Source of the DNA: Vulcanimicrobiota bacterium
Lineage (GTDB): Bacteria > Vulcanimicrobiota > Vulcanimicrobiia > Vulcanimicrobiales > Vulcanimicrobiaceae
DNA length: 64,000 nucleotides
Direction: 5' to 3'
Assembly: GCA_963723515.1 (NCBI GenBank)
Contig: CAVRQT010000002.1
Coordinates: forward strand, 448,001-512,000
In this document: piece by piece, positions 12,024-25,379 of the stretch
Position numbering within the stretch: the first letter of the stretch is position 1
Layout of the letters: each line of letters begins with the position of its first letter
Translations under genes and position numbers: made by a program
The notes under the pieces: model-generated
What the model was told of the DNA's origin: nothing
Database searches by the model: none
What the model saw: the letters and a program-made list of their open reading frames with translations, nothing else

Positions 12024-13431
12024 TTAAGAGCGGCTCAGCCAATGTGCAAAGCGATGATCTTTTCGGAGCGCGTCAAGCCGTGCATCTTCCGAAAAGAGAC
12101 GGCGGCTATCGGGATCGACGCGCGCGAGCCACGCAAACGCCGTATCGGCTTGATGCTGAAAGGCGAGCGTGGCGGCAATTGAGATGATCGTCGAAGGGTT
12201 GCTGACGCCGCCGATTGCCTGCAGGGCGCGTTTCGCGGCCAAAAACTCACGCGATGCCTCTGCCGCCTTTCCATCTTGCAGGTAAAACAGCGTCAGCAGC
12301 GCCCGTGCGCGAAGTGCGGCTGCGGCATCTCGAAGTCGCGTCAAGCGGTTGAAGCGTACGTTCTGCCGCAACGCGCTTATGCGATTGCCCTTCCGCAAGC
12401 GCAAGGACGAACATCGCTTGCGTGTCTTCCGGTGATTGCGTGAAGGATTGTCTCGCATACGCTGCTGCCTCGCCGTAATTGCGTCGGAGATACGAGAGGA
12501 GCGCAAGGTCGTCACCGGCGTCCGTCCACGAGGAATTCGCCGCGAGCGCCGCGCGCAGTTGACCGATCGCGGCGTCGATGCTGCCCTCACTCATCAAGTG
12601 TTCGCCATACCATGTGCGAGCTTCAGGAGAATTCGGATTCAGTTGAACGGCGCGGCGCAGCTCGGATCGGCCCACTCGCGGGATCTCCAAAAACGACCTG
12701 CGCCTGACCATAAGCCGCATGCGCTTCCGACGAAGTGGGGCCGATGGCGATCGCTTTGCGCGCGGTCTCGATGCCCGCGCGGGCATCAGTCGTGCTGCGT
12801 TTGATATCTGCTTCTCGCAGTGCCAAACTGATGTACGCGTCGGCGAGTCCGGCGTAGCCGAGCGGATTGTGTGGTTCTTCGGCGATCGCGCTTTGGAAAA
12901 ACGGAATGCTCTTGCGGACGTCCGCGATGCTGCGCGCGGTGCTCCACAGGTAGTATCCCGCCGGATAAGAGGGCGGCATCCCGGACGAGGCGCCCGATCT
13001 CAGACTCATAAATCCGAAACCGGCGGCAACCGCGACGATAAGGACCAGCGCGACGGCTGCTGCAAGCCGGCCGGTCGTGATCCGGTGTAGTCGATGCCCG
13101 TTGACCGTAAGGCGATAGCCGCGTCGCGGAACTGTCTCTAAGACGATGGATCGGTCCCAGTTCCCGAGCGTCCGGCGCAACCGATAGATGCTCTGCGTGA
13201 GGTTTGCCTCATCGACGTCGCTGCCCCATACCGCCGAAAGCAAGCGTTCTTTCGAGCAGACCTCGCCTTGATGGGCCGCAAGCACGCCGAGCGCCTCGAC
13301 CGCGCGGGGCGGCAGCGCGACGATGTCGCCGTTGCAGCGCAGCGTCCGCTCATCCGACTGAAGGATGAAGCGCCCGAATCGGTACTCTATGGCGCTTGCC
13401 CTTCTCGTTTCAGGCTTCGATGACGATTCAT
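12024..13431 (-). CDS. OmpR/CadC-type winged-helix + TM + TPR regulator; two or three apparent frameshifts, start uncertain
   Basis: YRFGRFIL...KERLLSAVWG...NLTQSIYRLRRTL...TVPRRGYRL (Trans_reg_C), then a TM helix. TPR-like repeats are spread over ORFs 12623-13624, 12247-12786 and 12024-12590. Confidence 0.75.
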
Positions 13432-13493
13432 TGAGGGATTGATTCTGGATTCGCGCCGCCGTCCCGTGCATGCTGAAGACTAAAAGGAGCACC

Positions 13494-14171
13494 ATGCTAC
13501 GCAAAGTGTTTGCTGGGGCGGCGCTTATCTTGCTGGCCGCCTGCGGCGGCGGCGGTTCGGGATCCGGCGGGACGGCCATGCCGCTCGGGATCGGTCCGAC
13601 GCCCACGCCGAATCCGCAGGCCAATTTCTACGAGCCGCTCGCGCTCGGCGATTCCTGGACCTACACCTGTAAAGACATCAAAGGCGGCGGTGAAAACGGC
13701 GGGAACCCGTTCACGATCACGGACTCGGTCGTCGGGACAACGACCACCGCCGGCAAGACCGTCTTCGAATTCTCACTGCAGATTCCGCAAGTTCCAAGCA
13801 CGCCGTTACAGATCGTGACCGAAATTCAGCTATTGGCGAACGACGCCGGCGGCAATGTCACGCTCTACGGATATCTCATCAACGGCACGGTAAAATCCGT
13901 TACGCCGACGCTGGTCGTCGCCGCAAATCCGCCCGGCCAGCAACACAAAGCCTTCAATTATCCCGGCCCGAACGGTAACACGATCGACCGCGAGTACGTT
14001 GGATTCGAGCCGAGCAATCCAACGCCGCTCGGCACGTTTGAAGTCGCGCCGTACTTTGAAAGCAACGCGACGCATAACTATGGCTACGCGTTAGGCACTG
14101 GCATCGTCGAAGAGGATCACGGACCGAATTTTGAAGTGGATTGTCTGGTTACCGCGGTGACGTTGCATTAG
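13494..14171 (+). CDS. Hypothetical lipoprotein
   Basis: AAGGAG RBS, lipobox LAAC and Gly/Pro linker. No recognisable catalytic motif. Confidence 0.75.
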   Translation: MLRKVFAGAALILLAACGGGGSGSGGTAMPLGIGPTPTPNPQANFYEPLALGDSWTYTCKDIKGGGENGGNPFTITDSVVGTTTTAGKTVFEFSLQIPQVPSTPLQIVTEIQLLANDAGGNVTLYGYLINGTVKSVTPTLVVAANPPGQQHKAFNYPGPNGNTIDREYVGFEPSNPTPLGTFEVAPYFESNATHNYGYALGTGIVEEDHGPNFEVDCLVTAVTLH

Positions 14172-15383
14172 CGAGATCAAGCGCGCTGTCGTCGCGGTCG
14201 TCTGCGCGGTGCTGGCAGGTTGCGGAGGTGGCGGCGGCTCCGGCGGTTCATCGCTGCCGAACAATCCACCGCCTCCACCCAACGGTTCGTCGATCGATCA
14301 GATCATCGCGCAGAACTATCCCGGCGGCTGGGGCGTCGAGCTGGCGATTTTCAAGAACGGACAGCCGCTCTACGTTCATGGCTACGGCTTGCGCGATCGC
14401 GGTTTACCGGATTCGTTCGGCGATCACGATATTTGGCGTCGTGCCGCAGCCGGATAAAATCTATAATTTGCCGCGCGGCCAATTCGCACCCGACGCGAAC
14501 ACGCGTTACGATCTCGCGTCGGTAAGCAAGGCGATCACCGCCGGCGCTGTTCTGTTGCTGCAGCAAGACGGCAAGCTGTCCGTCAACGATCCGCTCTCAA
14601 AGTACTTCCCCGCCTTCTCTTATGGAAACCAAATACCGCTGCGTCTACCTTTTGCAGCAGCGCAGCGGGCTTGAAGACTATACCGTCAATCCGGCTTTTG
14701 GAACGGCGTATCGGCAGTTCTTGGCAAGCGGCAACACCGATTACCAAGCGATCGTCAACATGATGGCGTCCTTTCCGCTGCACTTCACCCCCGGCTCCCA
14801 ATACGAATACGACAATTCGAATTATCTGTTGCTTGGACTGATCGTGGCGATGGTTTCCGGCGAACCGTTCGGTACATTTGTGCAACAGCGCATTCTCGCG
14901 CCGCTGGCGATGACGCAAACCACGCAAGGCCTTCCGCCACCGCCGCAAACCGATATTGCGCTCGGTTATGGCGACTTCGGCGGCACGCCGCAACGGATGT
15001 GGCAAGCAAATTTGGCGTGGACACTTGGGGCGGGCGGGTTGGTCTCGACGGTCGGTGATCTAGAGAAATGGGATCAGGCGGTGCGACATCTCGGCATCTT
15101 TACGGCGGCATCGCTCGCGCAGATGTTCACGCCGAACGGATTTCCGCAATCGTTTGGAACGTATGCCGAAGGCTGGGTCATTGCCACGCTCGATGGACAT
15201 CGCTACATCTGGCACGATGGCGAGCTGGATGGCTATATGACGATGAACGCGACGTTCCCTGACGACGGGATCGACATTATCATCCTCACCAACCGCGACT
15301 TAGCCAACGGCCCGTATTTTATCGTGCCGGCGATATTTCCGGTCGCGCTGACGCTCTCAACCTCAACCGCCGCTAAGCGCTAG
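14167..15383 (+). CDS. Serine hydrolase (class C beta-lactamase/AmpC-like) lipoprotein; apparent frameshifts near 14430 and 14641, start uncertain
   Basis: Lipobox LAGC, SxxK (ASVSK), YxN (YEYDNSNY) and WHDG, spread over three frames. Confidence 0.78.
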
Positions 15384-15477
15384 AAGCCGCTGCGCGTCCT
15401 ACAGAACGTGCAAGAGCGGGATTTCTGTGCACGGCTCGTAAGACGCAATGGCAAGCTTCTTTACACGGAGGTTTCTT

Positions 15478-16047
15478 ATGCACATCGGAAGCAGCGCAGC
15501 ACGCTTTGCGGCAGCGGCATCGATTTTTTGGCTGGTAACGGCCAATGGAAGCGCCCAGCCGAGCATGCATCCTCAGGTTCAACCTGCATCTTCGCTCGTG
15601 AAGGTCAGCGCTTGTAGCCCGCAGCGCCACGGCGACCAAGGCGGCCGTTACTTCGGCTATACGCCCGGTACGGCCGGCCCCGGAAACCTCTATTGGGGAG
15701 ACGCCTACGGGTACAGCTACTACCAACCGCCGGCGTCGCCGTCAAACCCGCATCTCAACATCGCGTACATGAACGTTTCGCATAAGAAGATGACGGCGGT
15801 CGAATTTGGCCTACTCGCTAATGAGATTCTTGTTGGCGAAGTCCGCGACACCGGCACGTTCTCGCCGGGCGCGGAAATCAAACATAAGCTCGGCTTAAAC
15901 CTGAAACTCTTTCCGATTCCAGCCGGTCCCGAGCGATGCGTTCCGCTTCGGATCACCTTCGCAGACGGTACGAAATGGCGAAGTCCACACCTACCGCCCA
16001 AGGGCCACGCCCTCTATTACAATCCGACGCCGCGCGCGACGCCTTAG
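15478..16047 (+). CDS. Hypothetical secreted protein
   Basis: GGAGG RBS, signal-peptide-like N-terminus, Tyr/Gly-rich segment, then a beta-rich domain with two Cys. Confidence 0.65.
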   Translation: MHIGSSAARFAAAASIFWLVTANGSAQPSMHPQVQPASSLVKVSACSPQRHGDQGGRYFGYTPGTAGPGNLYWGDAYGYSYYQPPASPSNPHLNIAYMNVSHKKMTAVEFGLLANEILVGEVRDTGTFSPGAEIKHKLGLNLKLFPIPAGPERCVPLRITFADGTKWRSPHLPPKGHALYYNPTPRATP

Positions 16048-16063
16048 CGGACCGCGCTACGCC

Positions 16064-17518
16064 TTAAAACAAATTCCAAAGGTACTGATTGTAAACTTCG
16101 TGGTGGTACTGCACCTCTTGCGCTTTAACCGTGGTGCCGAGTAGCCGCGGGCAGCGGTCCGCGCTGGCCTGTTTGAGATCCGCGTAGCGCTCTTTGACGT
16201 CCGCCCCTAACAGTTGCGTCGTCCACTCCGCTTTGCGGAAGTTATCGAGCGCATCGTAGATGTTGTCCGGCAAGCAGCGATCGGAGCGCCGCAGGTTCTT
16301 GTCCTCTCGGATCGCGCCTTCCAAACCCGTCTTGAAGACGGCCAGCATCACCATGTAAGGATTCGCATCCGGCGCAACGGTGCGCACTTCGATGCGCGCG
16401 CTGCGCTCGTTGCCGATCGGGATGCGAACCATTGAGCCGCGATCGATCGGCGATGCAATCAGCTGATTGGGCGCTTCGAAATGTGGATCGAGCCGGCGAT
16501 ACGCGTTGACGCTCGAGTTGAGCATCAAGCAGATGTCGTTGCCGTGGCTCAAGATCCGATCGACGAACTCCCACGCGAACTTGCTCAGTTTTTCTTCGCC
16601 CGCCGGATCCCAGAAGACGTTGCGGCCATCTTTGGCGACCGAAACGTTGGTGTGCATTCCGCTGCCGTTGACGCCCACGACCGGCTTCGGCAAGAAGCTC
16701 GCCGTTAAACCGAACCGCGTTGCGACTTGCCGGCAGATCAATTTGTATAGCTGAATTTGATCGGCGGCGGCGACGACCTCGCCGTACCCGTAGTTGATTT
16801 CGAATTGCGATGGCGCGACTTCCGGATGATCTTTTTCATTCTCAAAACCCATCGCACGCTGAACCTCAGCGACCGTATCGATGAACGTGCGCAGTGGATC
16901 GCTCGGCAGCGAATGGTAGTAACCGCCGGTATTCACATATTCGAACTTGCCGGTTTCGTGATACCGCCGTTCAGCGTCGAGACCCTGGAAGAGGAAACCT
17001 TCGATTTCATTGGCGGCATTGAGCGTGTAGCCGGCTTTTTCGTAGGAGTCGGTTGAGAGTTTCTTGAGCATTCCGCGGATGTCGCCCGCGAACATCGAAC
17101 CATCGCGGTCGATCACGTTGGCAAAGACGAGCACTTTGCCGGGACCGAAGACGTCGCCCGGCGCCCAATAGAAGGCGCTCCAATCCAAAATGAGCCGCAG
17201 ATCGCTCTCGCGCTGCGCCGTGAATCCGCGAATCGACGAACCGTCAAACGTCAGGTTGTCGCTGTTTTTCAGCAAGAACTTCTTGTCGTAATCCAGCATG
17301 TGCAGGCGACCTTCGAGGTCGCTGAAGAGCACCGTGACGGCTTTGATTCGCTTCTCGTCGTTGAGATAGCTCAAGCGCTGCTCTTGCATCTGCGATGCAG
17401 TGACGCGTTCTTTGCGCTGTCCTTTAGCGCGCAGATTCAGCTCTTCCAGCTCGTCATACGGCAGCATCAGGAAATCGCGCAGTTGGGCTGACGTCTCACG
17501 CAACTCGGTCGGCATCAT
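16064..17518 (-). CDS. glnA: Glutamine synthetase family protein
   Basis: FDGSSIRGF, HPEVAPSQFE, FLPKPVVGVNGSGMH and RIEVRTVAPDANPY. Confidence 0.9.
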   Translation of the reverse strand: MMPTELRETSAQLRDFLMLPYDELEELNLRAKGQRKERVTASQMQEQRLSYLNDEKRIKAVTVLFSDLEGRLHMLDYDKKFLLKNSDNLTFDGSSIRGFTAQRESDLRLILDWSAFYWAPGDVFGPGKVLVFANVIDRDGSMFAGDIRGMLKKLSTDSYEKAGYTLNAANEIEGFLFQGLDAERRYHETGKFEYVNTGGYYHSLPSDPLRTFIDTVAEVQRAMGFENEKDHPEVAPSQFEINYGYGEVVAAADQIQLYKLICRQVATRFGLTASFLPKPVVGVNGSGMHTNVSVAKDGRNVFWDPAGEEKLSKFAWEFVDRILSHGNDICLMLNSSVNAYRRLDPHFEAPNQLIASPIDRGSMVRIPIGNERSARIEVRTVAPDANPYMVMLAVFKTGLEGAIREDKNLRRSDRCLPDNIYDALDNFRKAEWTTQLLGADVKERYADLKQASADRCPRLLGTTVKAQEVQYHHEVYNQYLWNLF

Positions 17519-17640
17519 GTCCTAATCTCCTCGGCGGCGGGGTATGGGCCGAGGTTAGGCCGCGCTCCACGTGCGCCTTTATGCATTTGGTAAGACGCAG
17601 GGCTGCGCCACGCACGGAATGGCCTGTGTATAAGGAAGAG

Positions 17641-17715
17641 CGATCTAGCCGGCCACCGAACGGTCGGCTCACTTCCGGCCAAGATCGGTCGCTGCGTCCT
17701 CGAGAGGTGAGCGTT
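17641..17715 (+). promoter_or_regulatory. Candidate structured 5' leader (riboswitch-like) of amt
   Basis: Stem CGATCT/GCCGG pairs with CCGGC/AGATCG. The internal GCTCACTTC is complementary to the SD region GAGGTGAGC (17704-17712). Confidence 0.35.
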
Positions 17716-18966
17716 ATGAGCACCGGCGTCGTGCCACTGAACATCGGCAACACGGCTTTCATGCTGATCTGCGCGAGCTTGGTCATGCTGATGACGCCGG
17801 GCCTCGCCTTCTTTTACGGTGGCCTCGTCGCACGCAAGAACGTGCTGACGATCATGATTCAGAGCTTCATGTCGCTCGGCTGGACGACCGTATTGTGGTT
17901 TGTGTTCGGATATTCGCTCTGTTTTGCGCCCAATTGGAACGGTCTCGGAATCGTCGGCAATCCGTTTCACTACGCGTTCTTGCGCGGCGTAACGCTGCAT
18001 ACGATGTTCACGGGCAACGACGCGGGCATACCTCTCGTCGTACACGTCGCCTACCAGATGATGTTCGCGATCATCACGCCGGCGCTGATCACCGGTGCAT
18101 TCGCCAATCGCGTGACCTTCAAGGCCTACTTTCTCTTCCTCACCGGCTGGCTGGTCTTCGTATACTTTCCGTTCGTGCACATGATTTGGGCCTCCGACGG
18201 TTTGCTTGCAAAGTGGGGCGTCGAAGATTTTGCCGGCGGCATCGTCGTTCACGCGAGCGCCGGCTTTGCCGCGCTGGCGTCGGTCCTTTTTATCGGCCGG
18301 CGTTACGTGCTGGAGAATAAGCCGCACAATGTGCCGCTGATCGCACTTGGAACCGGACTATTGTGGTTTGGCTGGTACGGTTTTAACGCCGGCTCGGAGT
18401 TGCGAGTCGACGCGGTGACCGCGTCGGCGTTCCTGAACACGGACCTCGCCGCTTCGTTCGCCGCGATCACTTGGCTCTTGGTCGAATGGGCGCACGGCCG
18501 GCAACCGAAGTTCGTCGGTTTGTTGACCGGCGCGGTAGCGGGATTGGCGACCATTACGCCGGCCGCTGGGTACGTTGCGCCGGCAACGGCAGTGCTCATC
18601 GGCATTCTTTCCGGCGTCATCTGCTACTATGCCGTCGCGCTCAAAAACCGGCTGCGCTGGGATGATGCGCTCGACGTTTGGGGCGTTCACGGAGTTGGCG
18701 GTTTCCTCGGCATCACGCTGCTGGGACTCTTCGGATCGCAGGCGTGGAATCCGAGCGGTTCAAATGGGCTTTTCTTCGGCGGCGCGTCGTTCTTTGGAAA
18801 GCAACTCACTGCCGCGCTCGCCTGCAGCGCGTGGGCATTTGTTTTTACCTACGGCATGCTCTGGTTGATTGGCCGGGTCACGATCACGAAGGTCGATCGG
18901 TTGGCGGAAGAACGCGGGCTCGACATGGAACTGCACGGCGAGGAGGCGTATCCGCTCGGCGTCTAG
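17716..18966 (+). CDS. amtB: Ammonium transporter
   Basis: MTPGLAFFYGG, DFAGGIVVH, LWFGWYGFNAGS and DDALDVWGVHG (twin His). GAGGTG RBS. Confidence 0.95.
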   Translation: MSTGVVPLNIGNTAFMLICASLVMLMTPGLAFFYGGLVARKNVLTIMIQSFMSLGWTTVLWFVFGYSLCFAPNWNGLGIVGNPFHYAFLRGVTLHTMFTGNDAGIPLVVHVAYQMMFAIITPALITGAFANRVTFKAYFLFLTGWLVFVYFPFVHMIWASDGLLAKWGVEDFAGGIVVHASAGFAALASVLFIGRRYVLENKPHNVPLIALGTGLLWFGWYGFNAGSELRVDAVTASAFLNTDLAASFAAITWLLVEWAHGRQPKFVGLLTGAVAGLATITPAAGYVAPATAVLIGILSGVICYYAVALKNRLRWDDALDVWGVHGVGGFLGITLLGLFGSQAWNPSGSNGLFFGGASFFGKQLTAALACSAWAFVFTYGMLWLIGRVTITKVDRLAEERGLDMELHGEEAYPLGV

Positions 18967-18972
18967 CGCATC

Positions 18973-21367
<2,395 letters not shown>

Positions 21368-21371
21368 CAGC

Positions 21372-21797
21372 GTGGATCGCAGCGTGAGAGCGCCCGCTAG
21401 CAAGCGGTTGCCGCACAATTATGGGCTGATCAACGACATCGTTCACAAACAACGTCGCGGCATCCATCTATCCGTTGCGGATGTTTACGCGCTGGCCAAA
21501 GGGCGCCGTTTGGGCATCGGCTTCACAACCGTTTATCGCGCCCTGACGAGATTGCGCGACCTCGGCTTGATCTCCGAGATCCGTTTACCGGGCGCCGACA
21601 GCGCCTACTATGAAGCCGCAGGTGAGGCACATGCCCACTTTCGCTGTGACCTCTGCGGTAGTATTCAAGACATCGCCTATGTACCATCAAAACGCGTCGT
21701 CGGCCAACTCGCCGAAGATCACGGCATCGAAGTCAACGATGTGCTCGTGAGCCTGCACGGCCGCTGCGCAGTTTGCCGAGAAAGAGAGTCAGCATGA
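21372..21797 (+). CDS. Fur family regulator, PerR/FurA-like
   Basis: TTVYRAL, HAHFRCDLCGSIQD (Asp at the PerR-type position) and C-terminal CAVC. Divergent from katG. Confidence 0.88.
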   Translation: MDRSVRAPASKRLPHNYGLINDIVHKQRRGIHLSVADVYALAKGRRLGIGFTTVYRALTRLRDLGLISEIRLPGADSAYYEAAGEAHAHFRCDLCGSIQDIAYVPSKRVVGQLAEDHGIEVNDVLVSLHGRCAVCRERESA

Positions 21798-22735
21798 AGT
21801 CCGCCCTCCTGAGCGTCTTATTTGCATTCGGCGCCGTCTTTTCGTTCAGCGCCATCGGTGCAAGTGCACAAACACCGGCCTCGAGCTTTGACGTCGGTTC
21901 GATTCACGTCGACAAATATGGTTCGGGCGAGCCGGCCCTCATTTTGATTCCCGGATTAACCGACAGCGCTGCCGTTTGGACCGGCACGATCGCCCGTTTC
22001 GCACCGACGCATACGATTTACGCGGTGACGCTCGGCGGATTCGGCGGGAGACCGGCGCCTGCTGCGCCGCTGCTCGACAAGGCAGATGCCGACCTTACGG
22101 CATTGATCACGCAGCAGAATATCAACCGGCCCGTCGTGATTGGCCACAGCATGGGCGGTTTTCTGGTGCTTCGCCTCGCGGCCGAACACAGCAATCTGTT
22201 GCGAGGCGTCGTTTCGGTCGATGGCACGCCGGTGTTGCCGGGCTACGAAAATCAAACAGCGGCGCAGCGAAGCGCCGCTGCGGCGCAAATGAGCGGGCCA
22301 ATCCGATCGATGTCGGCAGCGCAGCTTGAGGCTGCCGGACGTCAAATGATGCTTCCTTATCTTACTCAGCCACGAAATTTGGATGCTGTCGCCGCGGCCG
22401 GACATGGCGCGGATCCGGCGGCGACCGCTCAATATTTCGATGAATTGTATGCCGCCGATTTGCGCTCCCAGCTTTCGAACATCACGGTTCCGGTGCTCGA
22501 GCTGATGCCGTTTGATGCCTCGATCGATCCGCAGAATCCGACCAAACCCTTTCGGACCGCGGCGCAAAAACGGCAATACTACATGGGACTGCTGGCAAAT
22601 GCGAAAACCGCACGGATTGCCGTCGTCAACAATTCGCGCCACTTTATCATGTACGATCAGCCGGAGCAGTTTTACGCGCTGGTCCAGAACTTTTTGGGAC
22701 AGCTTGCGCTTGGCTGGTTGCCCGCAGCGGCGTAA
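21794..22735 (+). CDS. Secreted alpha/beta hydrolase
   Basis: Signal peptide, GHSMGG nucleophile elbow and C-terminal HFIMYDQP. Confidence 0.85.
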   Translation: MKSALLSVLFAFGAVFSFSAIGASAQTPASSFDVGSIHVDKYGSGEPALILIPGLTDSAAVWTGTIARFAPTHTIYAVTLGGFGGRPAPAAPLLDKADADLTALITQQNINRPVVIGHSMGGFLVLRLAAEHSNLLRGVVSVDGTPVLPGYENQTAAQRSAAAAQMSGPIRSMSAAQLEAAGRQMMLPYLTQPRNLDAVAAAGHGADPAATAQYFDELYAADLRSQLSNITVPVLELMPFDASIDPQNPTKPFRTAAQKRQYYMGLLANAKTARIAVVNNSRHFIMYDQPEQFYALVQNFLGQLALGWLPAAA

Positions 22736-22776
22736 CCTGAGCCGCACAGAGAGGCGTTTAAGAATATAGGAGACCT

Positions 22777-23832
22777 ATGCTGACCCTCGACCCGGCTCCG
22801 TTCCCGAAGCCGGACCTCCTTTACACGCCTGCCGTTGCCGCGGAAACCGCGGTGCTCTTCGAACGCGTCTCGCGCATTATTCCGGCCGTCGAGTGGCCGA
22901 TATTCGCGCCGTTCATCGCAGAAATCAATCGCTTGAAACGGGAGCGTAACGCCGTTATTTTGGCGCACAACTACCAAGTTCCGGAGATCTTTCACACCGT
23001 CGCAGACATTGTCGGAGATTCGCTCGGCCTTGCGCTTGACGCCGCCAAGACGAATGCCGACGTGATCGTTCTGTGCGGAGTCCATTTCATGGCCGAAACG
23101 GCGAAGCTGGTCAATCCATCCAAGACGGTGCTCGTTCCGGATTTGCGCGCCGGCTGTTCGCTCGCCGAATCAATCACCGCCGCAGATGTGCAATTGATGC
23201 GGCAACGCTATCCGAAAGCGCCGGTCGTCACATACGTCAACACGTCAGCGGCGGTAAAAGCAGAATCGGATATCTGCTGCACGTCAGGCAATGCCGTTGC
23301 AATCGTGAAATCGCTCGGTGTACCGCGGGTGATCTTTCTCCCCGACGAATATCTTGCCAAGTACGTCGCCTCGCAACTTCCCGACGTCGAGATCGTCGCT
23401 TGGAAAGGGCATTGCGAAGTGCACGAACGCTTCACCGGCGCGGAGCTTCGCAAATACCGCGAAGACGACCCGACGATCCGGGTGCTCGCGCACCCCGAAT
23501 GTCCGCCGGACGTTCTCGCCGAGGCGGACTTCGTCGGTTCGACCTCCGCAATGAGCCGCTATGTGTCCGGTCTCGGAAATCAAGCGGTCCGATCGCCGCG
23601 CGTCGTCATGATCACGGAGTGCTCGATGGCGGACAACGTCGCTGTCGATAATCCGCACGTCGAGTTCATTCGACCGTGCAATCTGTGTCCGCACATGAAG
23701 CGCACCACGCTCCCTAAAGTGCTGCATTCGCTCCAGACAATGCAGTATGAGGTGACAATCGATCCGTCCGTCGCCGCGCGTGCGCGCACCGCTGTCGAAC
23801 GGATGCTGGAATTCAGCCGCCCGAAAGCATGA
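22777..23832 (+). CDS. nadA: Quinolinate synthase
   Basis: [28 protein letters not shown] and CNLCPHMK. Confidence 0.95.
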   Translation: MLTLDPAPFPKPDLLYTPAVAAETAVLFERVSRIIPAVEWPIFAPFIAEINRLKRERNAVILAHNYQVPEIFHTVADIVGDSLGLALDAAKTNADVIVLCGVHFMAETAKLVNPSKTVLVPDLRAGCSLAESITAADVQLMRQRYPKAPVVTYVNTSAAVKAESDICCTSGNAVAIVKSLGVPRVIFLPDEYLAKYVASQLPDVEIVAWKGHCEVHERFTGAELRKYREDDPTIRVLAHPECPPDVLAEADFVGSTSAMSRYVSGLGNQAVRSPRVVMITECSMADNVAVDNPHVEFIRPCNLCPHMKRTTLPKVLHSLQTMQYEVTIDPSVAARARTAVERMLEFSRPKA

Positions 23833-25379
23833 AGCAGCCAACCCTCCGCACCGATGTGGCCATCGCCGGTGCCGGCATTGCCGGTTTGATGACGGCGCTG
23901 AAGCTCGCTCCGCTCAAGGTAGCGGTCATCTGCAAGCAGCGCTTGGGCATCGGCGCCGCGACACAGTGGGCGCAAGGGGGAATCGCCGCAGCGGTGGGTC
24001 CCGACGATTCGCCCGCGCTGCACTCGCTCGACACGCGCCGCGCAGGCGCAGGCTTATCCGATGAAGTCGTCGTCGACATTTTGACGCGTGACGCACCGGC
24101 GCGCGTTGAAGAGTTGCTGGCTCTCGGCGCACATTTCGATCGCGCGCGCAGCGGCGAGCTCGCGCTCGGCCTCGAGGCAGCGCACAATCGGCGGCGGATC
24201 GTCAAAGCGGGCGGCGACGCGACAGGGGAAGAGATTCTTCGCACGTTGATTGCCGCGGTGCGCAGCGCGAGCTGGATCAACGTCTATGAAGATGTCATTG
24301 CGGACGATCTGATCGTGCAAGACTGTCAGGTTGTCGGCATCCGTGCGCACTCTAAAGAGAATGGCGCCTTTGATATCCTTGCCGCTGCAACGATCGTTGC
24401 AACCGGCGGGCTCGGCCAGGTTTACGCGTGCACGACGAACCCCTCACAAGCCACGGGTGATGGCGTCGCGATGGCTGCGCGCGCGGGTGCAACGCTCGCG
24501 GACATGGAGTTCGTGCAGTTCCACCCGACGGCGATCGACATCGGCGCCGATCCGATGCCGCTCGCGACCGAAGCACTCCGCGGCGAAGGGGCAACGCTCG
24601 TTCTGAGCGACGGCACGCGTTTCATGGAGGGTGAGCACCCGAACGCCGAACTGGCACCGCGCGACGTCGTCGCACGCGCGATCTATCGGCGGCTCGCTGA
24701 CGGTGACGCCGCGTTCTTGGATGCGCGCACGGCAATCGGTGACGGGTTCCCACGACGATTTCCGACCGTCTTTGCGGCATGCACGAGCGCGGGAATCGAT
24801 CCGCGCAACCAGTTGATTCCTGTTGCGCCGGCTGCGCATTATCATATGGGCGGCATCGCGGTCGATCGTTGGGGCCGAACGTCATTGCCACGATTGTGGG
24901 CGTGCGGAGAAGCAAGCGCGACCGGAATCCACGGCGCGAACCGCTTGGCAAGCAATTCACTGCTCGAAGCCGTCGTCTATGGCTCCCGCGTCGCGGAAGA
25001 CGTCAAGCGACAATACGAGCCGGCTCCCGCGCGCATCGTCCAGCACCGGGCGCCGCCGAGGATCGCAACACGACCCGAAGGACAAATTGTGAATTCGTTG
25101 CGCCAGCTGATGTACGAGCGTGCCGGCGTCATTCGCAATGGGAAGGATCTGCAAGCGGCCCTCGATACGATTGCGCAATTCGAATGCGACGCCATCGAGA
25201 CGCGAACGCGCAACCTATTGACGGTCGGACGTTTGATCGCAACGGCAGCGCTCGAGCGGAAAGAGAGCCGCGGCAGCCACTACCGTGAGGACTATCCGGC
25301 GACGAATCCGACGCTTGCCAAGCGTTCGTTCATCAACGCTTCAGAGCCGCCGCACGTAGAGAAACCGTCGATTGCCTAA
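23829..25379 (+). CDS. nadB: L-aspartate oxidase
   Basis: [25 protein letters not shown] and [13 protein letters not shown]. Confidence 0.95.
   Translation: MKQPTLRTDVAIAGAGIAGLMTALKLAPLKVAVICKQRLGIGAATQWAQGGIAAAVGPDDSPALHSLDTRRAGAGLSDEVVVDILTRDAPARVEELLALGAHFDRARSGELALGLEAAHNRRRIVKAGGDATGEEILRTLIAAVRSASWINVYEDVIADDLIVQDCQVVGIRAHSKENGAFDILAAATIVATGGLGQVYACTTNPSQATGDGVAMAARAGATLADMEFVQFHPTAIDIGADPMPLATEALRGEGATLVLSDGTRFMEGEHPNAELAPRDVVARAIYRRLADGDAAFLDARTAIGDGFPRRFPTVFAACTSAGIDPRNQLIPVAPAAHYHMGGIAVDRWGRTSLPRLWACGEASATGIHGANRLASNSLLEAVVYGSRVAEDVKRQYEPAPARIVQHRAPPRIATRPEGQIVNSLRQLMYERAGVIRNGKDLQAALDTIAQFECDAIETRTRNLLTVGRLIATAALERKESRGSHYREDYPATNPTLAKRSFINASEPPHVEKPSIA

Noticed and set aside
22736..22776. 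NAD+ riboswitch or NrtR box upstream of nadA
   Set aside because: The gap is only 41 bp, with no convincing stem or palindrome.
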